Of a DNA stretch of 64,000 nt, positions 1-9,926 are shown piece after piece. The position numbers and the translations under genes were made by a program. The DNA is from a bacterium (GTDB taxonomy: Bacteria; Patescibacteriota; Andersenbacteria; UBA10190; CAIZMI01). The notes beneath the pieces were generated by a model that had not been told where the DNA came from, searched no databases, and worked only from the letters and a program-made list of their open reading frames with translations. The stretch lies in the NCBI GenBank assembly GCA_030647555.1, contig JAUSJG010000007.1, forward strand, positions 106,181 through 170,180, read 5' to 3'. Positions within the stretch are counted from its first letter, which is position 1; every line of letters starts with the position of its first letter.

Positions 1-2627
1 ACACGCCAATGCGCATCGAATTTTTGGGAAATGAAATTGACCACATTAAATCACTGGCGCCACGCAATCAAAACGGTACCGATACAAAAAAATTATTTGA
101 ACGCATCGCCCAAACGGATGGCCGAACAAGAAATATCTTTCCATTGGCACTGCCACCGTCACTACCGGTAAGTTTCCAAAAAATAATCGAGACTGCCTAC
201 ATTATTGCCGAAGAAGGGGCCCTAACGGGAACAACACCAAAACCGGATATGTTGTTGCAACCATTTTCCGCCATCTCCGCAATTCGTGAACCATCGGCGT
301 GCGGTGGCGATATGGAAAAATTCAAACTGCTTGTTTCCGAAACACTCAATAAAAATAAAGTAATCGTTTTGACGGCGCGCCCCGAAGCCACAAAAACAGC
401 ATTACCGCAAGACGAAAAACTGCAAATTATTCCCGCCGAAACAGCGGCGGACGCCAGAGGGTTTATTGCCACAGAAGACGCAATCGCCGTCTTCACCGAT
501 GCCGATATCGGCGAATCGGCGGAAGAAGATCCCCTTTCTTGGGATAGCGGGATGGCCTACTCAAGACGCTTTTCCGCGGGCAGTTATGTTGTACATCGCG
601 ATCACGGCATCGCGCGTTTCCGCGGAATTGAAAGAAAAGAATTACGCGACTCGGCCCGCGATTACTTGGTTTTGGAATATGCCGCCTCCGACAAACTTTT
701 TGTTCCTGTGGAAATGTCCTACAAAGTCACCGCTTACATCGGTGCCGCCAATCCCGTCATTCATCGCCTTGGCGGAAGCGAATGGGAATCAACCACCAAA
801 GAAATCCGCCAAGAAACGGCGGAATTGGCCAAAGAATTGCTTCAGCTTTATGCCGCGCGCGAAACACAATCCGGCACTGCTTTTCCCCCGGAAACTACCG
901 CAGAACGCGCCCTGGCCGATTCTTTCCCCTACGACGAAACACACGACCAAGAAACCGCCATTCGCGAAGTAACCAAAGATATGGAACGCGCCCAACCAAT
1001 GGATCGGCTGGTTTGTGGCGACGTGGGATTTGGAAAAACGGAAGTGGCCATTCGCGCCGCTTTCAAGGCGGTAAACTTCGGTCGCCAAGTGGCCGTACTT
1101 TCCCCCACAACGCTTTTAGCGCAACAACATTTCGACACCTTCCAAGAACGTCTCAAACCGTTCAATTCTCGCTGTGCCATTATTTCTCGCTTTCAAACTA
1201 CGGCCGAACAAGACGAAGTGGTTCGCAAATTGGCCACGGGAGAAGTGGATATCGTCATCGGTACCCACCGTCTATTATCGGAGGATGTAAAATTCAAAGC
1301 CCTGGGCTTAATGATTATCGACGAAGAACAAAAATTCGGCGTCGAACAAAAAGAAAGTTTGCGCAGAATGCGGGCCAGTGTGGATGTACTTTCGCTTTCC
1401 GCTACTCCCATTCCACGCACACTGAACATGGCGCTTTCGGGCCTGCGTTCTTTATCGGTAATTGCCACGCCTCCGGGAGGACGTCAACCGGTGATTACAA
1501 AAGTAACGCGAGAAAACGATGAGCTGGTAAAAAAGGCGCTACAAACCGAACTTGAGCGCGGTGGTCAAGCTTACGTTTTATGGAATCGCGTCGAAACCAT
1601 TGAAGCGGCGGCGGAACGAATTAGAAAAATTATGCCGAAGGCGCGCGTGGTGGTCGGCCACGGTCAAATGCATGAACAAAAACTGATGCAAGTGATGGAA
1701 TTATTCGATACCAAAAAAGCGGACATTTTGGTTTGCTCCACAATTATTCAAAATGGGATCGATTTGCCGAACGTCAACACCTTGGTTGTTTTTGATTCCC
1801 CGTCTTTTGGCTTATCTGATTTATATCAATTACGCGGACGCGTTGGTCGAGGTAACAAACAAGCCTTCGCCTATTTCTTATACCACCAGGGCCGTTTACC
1901 GTTTGAAGCCCGCAAGCGTTTAACCGCATTGCTTGAAGCCGTAGAATTAGGAAGCGGGTGGACGCTCGCGTTGCGTGACTTGGAAATTCGCGGCGCGGGA
2001 AATCTTCTCGGAAAAGAACAGCACGGCACAATTCGCGCCGTCGGTGTGCATCTTTTTGGTGAACTGTTAAATGAAGAAGTGGAACGCCTGCGCAAGGGCG
2101 CTGCTGAACAAATTATTACCGATGTACAAATCGACTTGCCAATCAAAGCCTATTTACCGGAAGAATACATTCCCAACACGGCGGAAAGACTACAAGCTTA
2201 TACCCGAACCGGATCAATCCGTTCTATGAAAGACCTTGTCGCCACACGACATGCGATAGAGGAACAATTCGGTCCACTTCCGGAATCGGGCGTTAATTTT
2301 TTCCAAATTCTTAAACTGAAACTACTGGCTGCTGTGGCGAACGTAAACGGAATCGTCGCCTCAACCAATCCGATGGCGAGCAAACGCGATATGACCGCGA
2401 AAAAAGATTTACGCGTTACGTTAACTTTACAAGACGGCCTCACGCCAACTATCGCCTACACCGCGATTGCCGACAATCCACGTTGGACTTTCACCGGCGC
2501 ATCAATGTCCATTCCCGTCACCGAACTAGGCGCGGATTACATGACAAAAATCGAACACACATTGCATCTAATAACTGAAGCGCGCGAAAAAGAACGCCTG
2601 ACGGGGAAGGCGAAGAAGAGGGTGTAG
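1..2627 (+). CDS. mfd: Transcription-repair coupling factor Mfd, 5'-truncated by window edge
   Basis: ORF open to window start; superfamily-2 helicase motifs GDVGFGKTEVA (Walker A) and DEEQKFG (DExx), TRCF-like C-terminal region; size/order typical of Mfd. Confidence 0.85.
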   Translation, partial: TPMRIEFLGNEIDHIKSLAPRNQNGTDTKKLFERIAQTDGRTRNIFPLALPPSLPVSFQKIIETAYIIAEEGALTGTTPKPDMLLQPFSAISAIREPSACGGDMEKFKLLVSETLNKNKVIVLTARPEATKTALPQDEKLQIIPAETAADARGFIATEDAIAVFTDADIGESAEEDPLSWDSGMAYSRRFSAGSYVVHRDHGIARFRGIERKELRDSARDYLVLEYAASDKLFVPVEMSYKVTAYIGAANPVIHRLGGSEWESTTKEIRQETAELAKELLQLYAARETQSGTAFPPETTAERALADSFPYDETHDQETAIREVTKDMERAQPMDRLVCGDVGFGKTEVAIRAAFKAVNFGRQVAVLSPTTLLAQQHFDTFQERLKPFNSRCAIISRFQTTAEQDEVVRKLATGEVDIVIGTHRLLSEDVKFKALGLMIIDEEQKFGVEQKESLRRMRASVDVLSLSATPIPRTLNMALSGLRSLSVIATPPGGRQPVITKVTRENDELVKKALQTELERGGQAYVLWNRVETIEAAAERIRKIMPKARVVVGHGQMHEQKLMQVMELFDTKKADILVCSTIIQNGIDLPNVNTLVVFDSPSFGLSDLYQLRGRVGRGNKQAFAYFLYHQGRLPFEARKRLTALLEAVELGSGWTLALRDLEIRGAGNLLGKEQHGTIRAVGVHLFGELLNEEVERLRKGAAEQIITDVQIDLPIKAYLPEEYIPNTAERLQAYTRTGSIRSMKDLVATRHAIEEQFGPLPESGVNFFQILKLKLLAAVANVNGIVASTNPMASKRDMTAKKDLRVTLTLQDGLTPTIAYTAIADNPRWTFTGASMSIPVTELGADYMTKIEHTLHLITEAREKERLTGKAKKRV

Positions 2628-2638
2628 AGTGTAGGGGG

Positions 2639-2719
2639 TAGATTCCTATAATTGTCCTCTAATTTCCTTTCTATTTCGGTATTTAGATTTGTATACAGTA
2701 TTTGGTATATAGTATATGG
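2639..2719 (+). repeat. Post-stop conserved element, copy A (sense to mfd)
   Basis: TAGaTTCCTATAA...CCTCTAATTTCC...TATTTAGATTTGTATACAGTATTTGGTATATAGTATATGG. Confidence 0.7.
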
Positions 2720-2903
2720 ATTTATTGAGCACATACTATATTTTGGCATTTTTATATATATTATATTTTGTCGAGCACGAAATCATCCCCCGTCGCCCTG
2801 ATGAGCTATGGGGGATTATTGTTTTTTACGAAAAACAATAAAAAAACCGTACGACTACCTGGTCGTACGGCTACTAAAGAGCTTGAAACTGGTAACGTCG
2901 CCG

Positions 2904-3908
2904 CTACTTGATCTGGCGGATTTCGCGGGGGCTTTTGCGCACCCCTTGAAGTTGCTTGTGGCAGCGCTGTTTCAGCATCGCCACCTGCTCCGGCCCGCCG
3001 AACACTTTTGTGATTGCTCGCGCATCAAGACTCTCGAGCGCACTGATGTACTGTGTCGCGCCAGTGAAATCTTTCCATCCAACAGACTCATCGACGAGGC
3101 CTTTCAGTCTTATCGCTTCGACGATAAACAGCTCGATCAGCCGCTCGTCCAAAACGGCCAGCTCGGGATCATCCGGAATGAAAGTGTAACCATATCCGAC
3201 CGATTTCCGGACCATTTTTCTTTTGATGGGCTCAATACCCTCAAGCAGAAGTTTGGCCCCAGCAAGATCACCAGCTTCCATTCGTACCCGACACACCGCG
3301 AGAGACTCCTCTCGAAACCGTCGTGCATCCTCCTTAGCACGAACCTCGGCTTCCACGATTTCCCTCTCGACGGCTTCTTTGGCTGTTCTCTCGGCTTGAG
3401 CCTTGCTGTTAACCGCAGAAATGACCTGCACACGAAGTTCGTCATGTTTCCGTGTCAGTTCCGCGAGCCGCTCTTTCAAAGCCACAAGTTCATCATTTCG
3501 CGGCTTAACAAACGGAATGAGATACTTTTTCGTCTGAAGCAATCCTAAGCCTCGACTTGTCCAAAGCAACCTTTCTCCCGCTCGATCGAACGCATTTCGT
3601 GCGCCCGGATTGGCAATAACACTGGCATGTCCATCTTCAGCCTCGGCCAGGTATTTACCGCAATCGACGAAAATGAGATCGGCCCATTCCTTGTTCCGCT
3701 TATCAAGTTCGCGAAACAACCTGCTTCGCGCAGCCCCATATTGCCTCCTTAGGTCTTGGCTGCTCGTTTCAAGGATCGCATCCGTAAGCCAACTTGTGCA
3801 AGAGGCCAGTTCCGCTGGTTTAGAGGACTGGCTCGCCAACAATTGGGCGGCGTGACCGAGAAGCCACGTATTGTCGCGATCACGATCAATTTCAAACCCA
3901 TCATACAT
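2904..3908 (-). CDS. Hypothetical protein with long central coiled-coil/charged segment; GC-richer than surroundings
   Basis: 334-aa ORF; AGGAG Shine-Dalgarno 8 nt upstream of ATG; consensus-like promoter TTGACA-17-TACGAT on minus strand (rev-comp of ~3940-3975); no family recognised. Confidence 0.55.
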   Translation of the reverse strand: MYDGFEIDRDRDNTWLLGHAAQLLASQSSKPAELASCTSWLTDAILETSSQDLRRQYGAARSRLFRELDKRNKEWADLIFVDCGKYLAEAEDGHASVIANPGARNAFDRAGERLLWTSRGLGLLQTKKYLIPFVKPRNDELVALKERLAELTRKHDELRVQVISAVNSKAQAERTAKEAVEREIVEAEVRAKEDARRFREESLAVCRVRMEAGDLAGAKLLLEGIEPIKRKMVRKSVGYGYTFIPDDPELAVLDERLIELFIVEAIRLKGLVDESVGWKDFTGATQYISALESLDARAITKVFGGPEQVAMLKQRCHKQLQGVRKSPREIRQIK

Positions 3909-4018
3909 TGGATTTTCTCCTGTTATATTTATTCAGTTTTCCCACAGAACAACGGAAAATCGTACCCCCAAATTGGAGATTTGTCAATAGTACCGTTTGC
4001 GAGAATAATATGTAGGTA

Positions 4019-5287
4019 ATGGCAGAAATAAACACAGAAACGGAAACAACAATTCAATCGCCTGTCATTCCTACTGAAGCAGGAATCAGCAACGACCAGA
4101 AAACGGATTCCTGCTTCGGCAGGAATGACGATGTTGCCAACGAACTCTCTATCCTCCAAGCCCTCGCAGCCTTCCGACCAAATATCAACGCGTCAAAATT
4201 ACACGCCCTCATTAAATACGCTGGCAGTATTGAACAGGCTTGGGCAGTACCCGACGAAGCGTTGGAACAATACGGCTGGACTGCGGAACAACGACAATTA
4301 TTTAATGCTCACCGAAAAAATTATCAACCGGAAAAAGCACTGGAGCGCCTTTACCATTTAGGCATAGAGTTTATTCCCGACACTTCCCCTAAATTTCCAA
4401 AATCACTTCTTGATATATTCGATCCACCGCTTGGTCTTTATGTTCGCGGTAAACTTCACCAAAACAGTTTGAACATTGCTTTTGTGGGCAGTCGCAAAGC
4501 CACACCCTACGGAAAAACCGTTACAAACATGTTGGTGCGTCCGCTTGCCGCCAAAGGCGTCGTCATTATTTCCGGGTTAGCTTATGGCATCGATGCCGAA
4601 GCCCACCAGGCCACACTACAAAGCAATGGCACCACTTGGGCCGTCATGGGCAACGGTTGCGACGAAATGACTCTTTATCCACGCGCCCACCGCCAGTTAG
4701 CAAAAGACATTATTAATAATGATGGCGCGGTAATCAGTGAATATCCACCCGGCACACCGGGGCAACCCTATTTTTTCCCACAACGTAACCGCATTGTCTC
4801 CGGTCTTTCTCGCGCGATTGTTGTCGTGGAAGCAGGGCTACAAAGCGGTGCCCTAATCACCGCCCGCTTGGGCCTTGAACAAAATCGTGAAGTTTTCGCC
4901 GTTCCCGGCCCCATTACTTCGGAAATGTCCCAAGGAACCAACGAACTGATCCGCGATGGTGCGACACCTGTGAGTAGTGCCGAACAAATTATGGACGCGT
5001 TGGAACTGTTCTCTTTATTTGGCGGAATATCTCCCTCAAAAGCCGCGAGACAAATCTCCCACAAAGACATCGATGCCGTTTCAAATATTGTCGCAAGAAC
5101 CACTTCCAATCAACCGCAAAATGACCAAGAAAAAGTCTTAACTGTCCTTTCTACAAATCCGCTCGCTATTGACGAGATCGTAAAAGCCAGTACACTCCCG
5201 TCTCAAGTGGTAGGTTCTATTTTAACTCTTTTGGAAATTGAAGGTTTAGTCAAAGATATCGGCAATAAAAACTACACCAGAATTTGA
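4019..5287 (+). CDS. dprA: DNA processing protein DprA/Smf
   Basis: Rossmann-like DprA core (VVIISGLAYGIDAEAHQATL, FAVPGPI), SAM-like N-region; exact start uncertain (imperfect inverted repeat 4070-4130 lies inside the 5' end of the ORF). Confidence 0.8.
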   Translation: MAEINTETETTIQSPVIPTEAGISNDQKTDSCFGRNDDVANELSILQALAAFRPNINASKLHALIKYAGSIEQAWAVPDEALEQYGWTAEQRQLFNAHRKNYQPEKALERLYHLGIEFIPDTSPKFPKSLLDIFDPPLGLYVRGKLHQNSLNIAFVGSRKATPYGKTVTNMLVRPLAAKGVVIISGLAYGIDAEAHQATLQSNGTTWAVMGNGCDEMTLYPRAHRQLAKDIINNDGAVISEYPPGTPGQPYFFPQRNRIVSGLSRAIVVVEAGLQSGALITARLGLEQNREVFAVPGPITSEMSQGTNELIRDGATPVSSAEQIMDALELFSLFGGISPSKAARQISHKDIDAVSNIVARTTSNQPQNDQEKVLTVLSTNPLAIDEIVKASTLPSQVVGSILTLLEIEGLVKDIGNKNYTRI

Positions 5288-5322
5288 ATAATGATTGATG
5301 AATGATGATTTATGAATAATGA
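5288..5322. repeat. ATG/TCA-rich palindromic gene-boundary linker (family: GAATGATGATTTATGAATAATG / rev-comp)
   Basis: Copies at 5288-5322, 5690-5722, 10786-10812, 26182-26254, 43377-43452, 51641-51678, each abutting or overlapping a start or stop codon. Confidence 0.6.
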
Positions 5323-5701
5323 AAAAAATACCAAAATTACAGTTTTTACAGACCTTAACGCATGGAAAGAATCCCACAAACTTGTCTTGCTCACATACCA
5401 ATTAACAAAAACATTTCCTAAAGATGAAATGTATGGCTTAATTAGCCAAATGAGACGAGCGGCAATTTCGATAACATCAAATATCGCGGAAGGATTTGGC
5501 AGGCAAACTTATCCTGAAAAAATCCAATTTTACTCGATTGCCAAAGGTTCATTATCGGAATTGCAAAATCAACTAATAGCTTCCAGGGACACAAATTTGT
5601 TAAATGAAGATTCTTTTCAGAACGCGTTTAAACAAAGCATTACCGCCCATAAACTCATCACGGGATTAATAAGAAGGTCGCGCGAAATTCATCAATCATA
5701 A
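5312..5701 (+). CDS. Four-helix-bundle protein (23S rRNA intervening-sequence protein family)
   Basis: Signature ITSNIAEGFGRQ...FYSIAKGSLSELQNQL typical of TIGR02436-type proteins; bounded on both sides by ATGATGATTTATGAAT-type palindromic linkers. Confidence 0.8.
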   Translation: MNNEKNTKITVFTDLNAWKESHKLVLLTYQLTKTFPKDEMYGLISQMRRAAISITSNIAEGFGRQTYPEKIQFYSIAKGSLSELQNQLIASRDTNLLNEDSFQNAFKQSITAHKLITGLIRRSREIHQS

Positions 5702-5725
5702 ATCATCATTCATAATTCACGTATC

Positions 5726-7957
5726 ATGAAACTAGTTATCGTCGAGTCCCCCGCTAAAGCAAAAACGATCGCCAAATACCTTGGTAAGGGTTATGTGGTA
5801 AAAGCATCCTTTGGTCATGTGCGTGATTTGCCAAAAAGTAAAATCGGCGTGGACGTGGAAAATAATTTTGAGCCGGTTTATGTAGTACCGCCAAAAGCCA
5901 AAAAAACCGTCGCCGAACTGACACAAAGCGTTGCCAAAGCCGAGAAAGTCTACTTCGCCACTGATGAAGACCGCGAAGGAGAAGCCATTGCCTGGCATTT
6001 GGCAAAGATATTAAAGGTAAATGAAAAAACGGCGGAACGCATTACGTTCGACGAAATTACCAAGTCGGCCATTCAGCACGCCATTGAAAATCCGCGCAAA
6101 CTCAATTTACAACTGGTAGACGCCCAACAAGCGCGCCGTATTTTAGACCGTTTAGTCGGTTATGAATTATCACCGCTTCTTTGGAATAAAATTCGACGCG
6201 GGCTTTCGGCTGGGCGCGTGCAATCGGTGGCGGTGCGCTTAATTGTCGAACGCGAACGGGAAATTGAAGCATTCAAGGCTGATGAATTTTGGTCGGTGGA
6301 AGCAAACCTAAAAGCAAAAAATGGCGAATTTTTGGCAAAACTGCGCGCGGTTGATGAGCAAGTGCTGGACAAACTAGCGATTAAATCCGGCGCGGAAGCG
6401 GAACAAATTAAGAAAACCCTGGAAGGCGCCGTTTGGTTGATAGACAACATTGAAGAAAAACAAGTCAATCGCAGTCCCCTTCCTCCTTTTACCACCAGCA
6501 CACTGCAACAAGCCGCGTCCAACCGTCTTGGTTTTTCCACCAAAAAAACAATGATGCTCGCCCAACGTCTTTACGAAGGTATTGAACTAGGCGAAGAAGG
6601 TGCCACCGGTTTAATCACCTATATGCGTACCGACTCCTTAAATTTAGCGAATGAAGCATTAACCAAAATTCGTGAACTAATTCAAAAAGATTTTGGCACG
6701 GATTATTTACCGGCCGAACCGCGCTTCTACAAAAATAAATCGCGCGGTGCCCAAGAAGCCCACGAAGCCATTCGTCCCACCGATGTTAATTTGAAACCGG
6801 AATTTGTCGCGCAACACGTGGAACGCGACATGGCGCGCCTTTATGAATTAATTTGGCGCCGAACAGTCGCCTGCCAGACCGCCAATGCCAAATTTAAAGC
6901 CATGACCGTCGACATCAAAGCAAGCAAATATTATTTTCGCGCCACCGGTTCATCGGTTGCTTTCGCGGGTTTTCTGCAAATTTGGGGGATCGATAAAACC
7001 AAAGAAGTAATTCTTCCTTCGCTCGCAAAAAATGAGACGTTGGAATTATTAGTACTGAATACTTTACAACATTTTACCCAACCGCCCGCTAGGTATTCGG
7101 AAGCCAGTCTGGTTAAAGCATTGGAAGAAGCCGGTATTGGTCGTCCTTCCACATATGCGCCAACCATCGACACGGTTCAAAAACGCGGTTACGTGGAAAA
7201 AAGTTTAGAAGACAAAAGGTTCCGTCCAACGGATATTGGAAAAGTAGTAAACGATGTTTTAGTAGAACATTTCCCCGAAATCGTTGATATTCAGTTTACG
7301 GCCCGCATGGAAGAAGACCTCGACCAAATCGCGGATGGCAAAAAAGAGATGGTGCCGATCTTAAAAGCTTTCTACACTCCTTTCAAGAAAAACCTCAAAG
7401 AAAAAGCCAAAACGCTCAATAAAGACGACATCACCACCGAAAAAACCGATCTAAAGTGCCCCGATTGCGGAAAACCGGTAATCTTACGGCTTGGGCGCAA
7501 TGGTAAATTTTACGGTTGCTCCGGTTACCCCGATTGCAAATATACCGCGCCAAGCAGTGAACAAGAAAAATCAGAGATGGAAACGGCGCCGACTGGAAAA
7601 ATCTGCCCCGATTGTAACAAGGATTTAGTGCTCAAACGCGGACGCTTTGGCGCGTTCTTGGGTTGCGCCGGTTATCCTGAATGCAAACACACCGAACGGA
7701 TCGAAAAGAAAGTCGGCGGAATTTGTCCGAAGTGCAACGTCGGGGAAATTGTGGAACGAAAATCCAAACGCGGAAAATATTTCTATGGTTGCAATAAATA
7801 TCCGGAATGCGATTTTGTTTTGTGGAGCAAACCAACCGGTGAAAAATGCCCGACCTGCCAAAGTCTCCTCATCTTCGGAAAAAACAATACCGCGGTTTGT
7901 TCCGGTAAAGAGTGCGGTTTTTCCAAGGATTACGAAGCGAAGAGCGAAGAGGAATAA
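5726..7957 (+). CDS. topA: DNA topoisomerase I with four C-terminal C4 zinc-ribbon repeats
   Basis: TOPRIM N-terminus (KLVIVESPAKAKTI), active-site region GLITYMRTDS, repeated CPxCG...C zinc ribbons at C-terminus. Confidence 0.92.
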   Translation: MKLVIVESPAKAKTIAKYLGKGYVVKASFGHVRDLPKSKIGVDVENNFEPVYVVPPKAKKTVAELTQSVAKAEKVYFATDEDREGEAIAWHLAKILKVNEKTAERITFDEITKSAIQHAIENPRKLNLQLVDAQQARRILDRLVGYELSPLLWNKIRRGLSAGRVQSVAVRLIVEREREIEAFKADEFWSVEANLKAKNGEFLAKLRAVDEQVLDKLAIKSGAEAEQIKKTLEGAVWLIDNIEEKQVNRSPLPPFTTSTLQQAASNRLGFSTKKTMMLAQRLYEGIELGEEGATGLITYMRTDSLNLANEALTKIRELIQKDFGTDYLPAEPRFYKNKSRGAQEAHEAIRPTDVNLKPEFVAQHVERDMARLYELIWRRTVACQTANAKFKAMTVDIKASKYYFRATGSSVAFAGFLQIWGIDKTKEVILPSLAKNETLELLVLNTLQHFTQPPARYSEASLVKALEEAGIGRPSTYAPTIDTVQKRGYVEKSLEDKRFRPTDIGKVVNDVLVEHFPEIVDIQFTARMEEDLDQIADGKKEMVPILKAFYTPFKKNLKEKAKTLNKDDITTEKTDLKCPDCGKPVILRLGRNGKFYGCSGYPDCKYTAPSSEQEKSEMETAPTGKICPDCNKDLVLKRGRFGAFLGCAGYPECKHTERIEKKVGGICPKCNVGEIVERKSKRGKYFYGCNKYPECDFVLWSKPTGEKCPTCQSLLIFGKNNTAVCSGKECGFSKDYEAKSEEE

Positions 7958-8107
7958 ATATTGAAAACATCCCGCCTTCAGGCGAGGCTCGCCCCGATGG
8001 GCGGCCCCCTTCGCTCCGCCAGCGGGCGGAGCTACGGGGGATTGTTTTTCTCTGATGAGAAAAACAAAAAAACCTCCGACTCCCTGGGAAGTGAAGGTTG
8101 CTACTTT

Positions 8108-8908
8108 CTATTGATAATGGAAACGTCTGTGATCATTAAACCAGGAACGAATCGCGCGCCACTCCCTTGCACCATAAAACATCAGTAGCGGATCTTGCGC
8201 GTTCCCTTCCACTTCCAGAGCATATGATTCCGAAACATCATCTTCATCCCTCAACGGATACTCACCCCGTCGATCATCATCATCGTCAAGGACATCTGTG
8301 TTGATATGCATCAGCGCTAATGCAGCATTTTCCTCACTTAAGCCCCCGATTAGCCGAAGGACAACACGCCAAAACTCCTTCGGCGATAATCCCTCACGAA
8401 AGGAAACCTTTTCCACCTGACGAAGAACTGTAGGAAGATGGTCGGACAAACACGGATCCTTCTTCGCTTTTCCAGATTCACCGAACAAATATACTTCTTC
8501 AGGAACATATTCATAAGGAGTAATCCAGACCAGCAAATTACCCAGCAACACTGTGCGTTTTTCAATTTCCAAGTCTTTAAGTCGAAAAAGGAGATAATCG
8601 GCAACAATATCCTTCGGAATACTTCCGCACATCAGCAGACCCACAAGGTCTCGATAAAGAGGTAACGAATTTTGCATGTGAGATTCCCAAACTTCGCGCG
8701 ACATCTTGTCGTATTTTTTGGGTTTTAATTTTCTTGGATACTTCCGATACTCCGCCATGATGTGCCCAAGAACCAAAGACTGTTCACCTCTTTCTCCTTT
8801 AGACAAAAGACGCATCACCGCATAACCAATGTCGGTTTCATTCCGAAAACGCGTACGACACAAGCGGTCAGCCCACTTAAAGCACCCACTATCGTTTAAA
8901 TAACTCAT
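8108..8908 (-). CDS. Hypothetical protein
   Basis: 266-aa ORF with AGGAGG SD 6 nt upstream; acidic C-terminus (DDDDDRRGEYPLRDEDD); no family recognised. Confidence 0.5.
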   Translation of the reverse strand: MSYLNDSGCFKWADRLCRTRFRNETDIGYAVMRLLSKGERGEQSLVLGHIMAEYRKYPRKLKPKKYDKMSREVWESHMQNSLPLYRDLVGLLMCGSIPKDIVADYLLFRLKDLEIEKRTVLLGNLLVWITPYEYVPEEVYLFGESGKAKKDPCLSDHLPTVLRQVEKVSFREGLSPKEFWRVVLRLIGGLSEENAALALMHINTDVLDDDDDRRGEYPLRDEDDVSESYALEVEGNAQDPLLMFYGAREWRAIRSWFNDHRRFHYQ

Positions 8909-9026
8909 ATTGTTTCCTCCTATTTCTAGAATGGAAGAGAACTATCAAAAACAACCCTATTGTCAGCCTATTCTTAATTAGTACACCCAGTCAATTCGCG
9001 ATATATTTTTCAAACACTAATCAACC

Positions 9027-9926
9027 TTATCCTTCTCGGTTTATTTTTTCGATAATCCCCGACAATTCTTCATCACTGTAAAATTCAATGATCACGTTTC
9101 CACCAGACTCGCCGATTTTTTTAATGCGCACGCGTGTACCCAACACACGCCCCATTTCTTCTTCATGCACAGCCAATTGGGGATCTTTTTGCGTCACGCG
9201 CTGATGCGATTGCACGTTTGTTTTTTGTTGAAAACGTTCAAAAGCTTTAGTGCTAAGTTTGCCTTCTAATATTTTTTGAAACGCCTCTTTTTGTTTTTCC
9301 GGTTCCGTAACGGCTAAAAGCGTTCGTGCTTGTCCAAAATTCATTTTGCCTTCCTTTAATGCTTTCTGCATTTCATCCGGTAAATCCAAAATACGAATAA
9401 TATTTGTAATCGAAGGACGCTCTTTTCCAACAGCTTGAGCGATTTCTCCGTGCGTCATATTAAATTCTTCGTGCAATTTTTTGTAGGCAATGGCTTGTTC
9501 CAAAACACTCAAATCTTCGCGCTGAACATTTTCAATGATCGCCAATTCCAATTGTTCCCGATCAGTAACGGGAACATGCACCAAACACGGCACTTCTTTA
9601 AGATCCGCTCGTTTCGCCGCTCTTAATCTTCGTTCACCGGCAATTAGCGTGAATCGATCGCCCGTCTTGGTAACAAGCAATGGTTGCAAAATACCGTGTT
9701 CACGAATCGATTGCGCCAGATCCTGCAAATCCGCCTCGGCAAAATCCTGACGAGGTTGCTCCGGATTGCGATCAATTTTTTCTACCCCAACCATCATCAC
9801 GCGATTGCCTGTCGCTTCTTCCGTTTTTGTAAACGGCATATAAGCGGTCTGCGTTTGCGTGACACCCTCTTCGCGCCGACTTGGAATTAACGCGGATAAT
9901 CCTCTCCCTAATCCTCCTGGTTTCAT
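9027..9926 (-). CDS. parB: Chromosome partitioning protein ParB/Spo0J
   Basis: N-terminal GLGRGLSALI, ParB box IAGERRLRAAK, HTH region; 4-nt overlap with upstream parA. Confidence 0.9.
   Translation of the reverse strand: MKPGGLGRGLSALIPSRREEGVTQTQTAYMPFTKTEEATGNRVMMVGVEKIDRNPEQPRQDFAEADLQDLAQSIREHGILQPLLVTKTGDRFTLIAGERRLRAAKRADLKEVPCLVHVPVTDREQLELAIIENVQREDLSVLEQAIAYKKLHEEFNMTHGEIAQAVGKERPSITNIIRILDLPDEMQKALKEGKMNFGQARTLLAVTEPEKQKEAFQKILEGKLSTKAFERFQQKTNVQSHQRVTQKDPQLAVHEEEMGRVLGTRVRIKKIGESGGNVIIEFYSDEELSGIIEKINREG

Noticed and set aside
466-1522. Overlapping ORFs (466-972, 782-1522, 789-1088 etc.) inside mfd
   Set aside because: Embedded in a long, motif-rich mfd reading frame. Typical spurious alternative-frame ORFs.
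2795-2803. CTGATGAG hammerhead-ribozyme-like core inside two repeat copies (2795-2803 and 8051-8058)
   Set aside because: No stem II/III arrangement or GAAA box in the correct register. The 8-mer sits in hairpin loops of the repeat module, so it is most likely coincidental.
2817-2847. Hairpin + A-run modules (2817-2847, 8044-8073, 46530-46565) as intrinsic terminators for adjacent minus-strand genes
   Set aside because: On the plus strand the hairpin is followed by A7, so the minus-strand RNA has the U-run before the hairpin and neither strand gets hairpin-then-U. These are repeat modules, not terminators.
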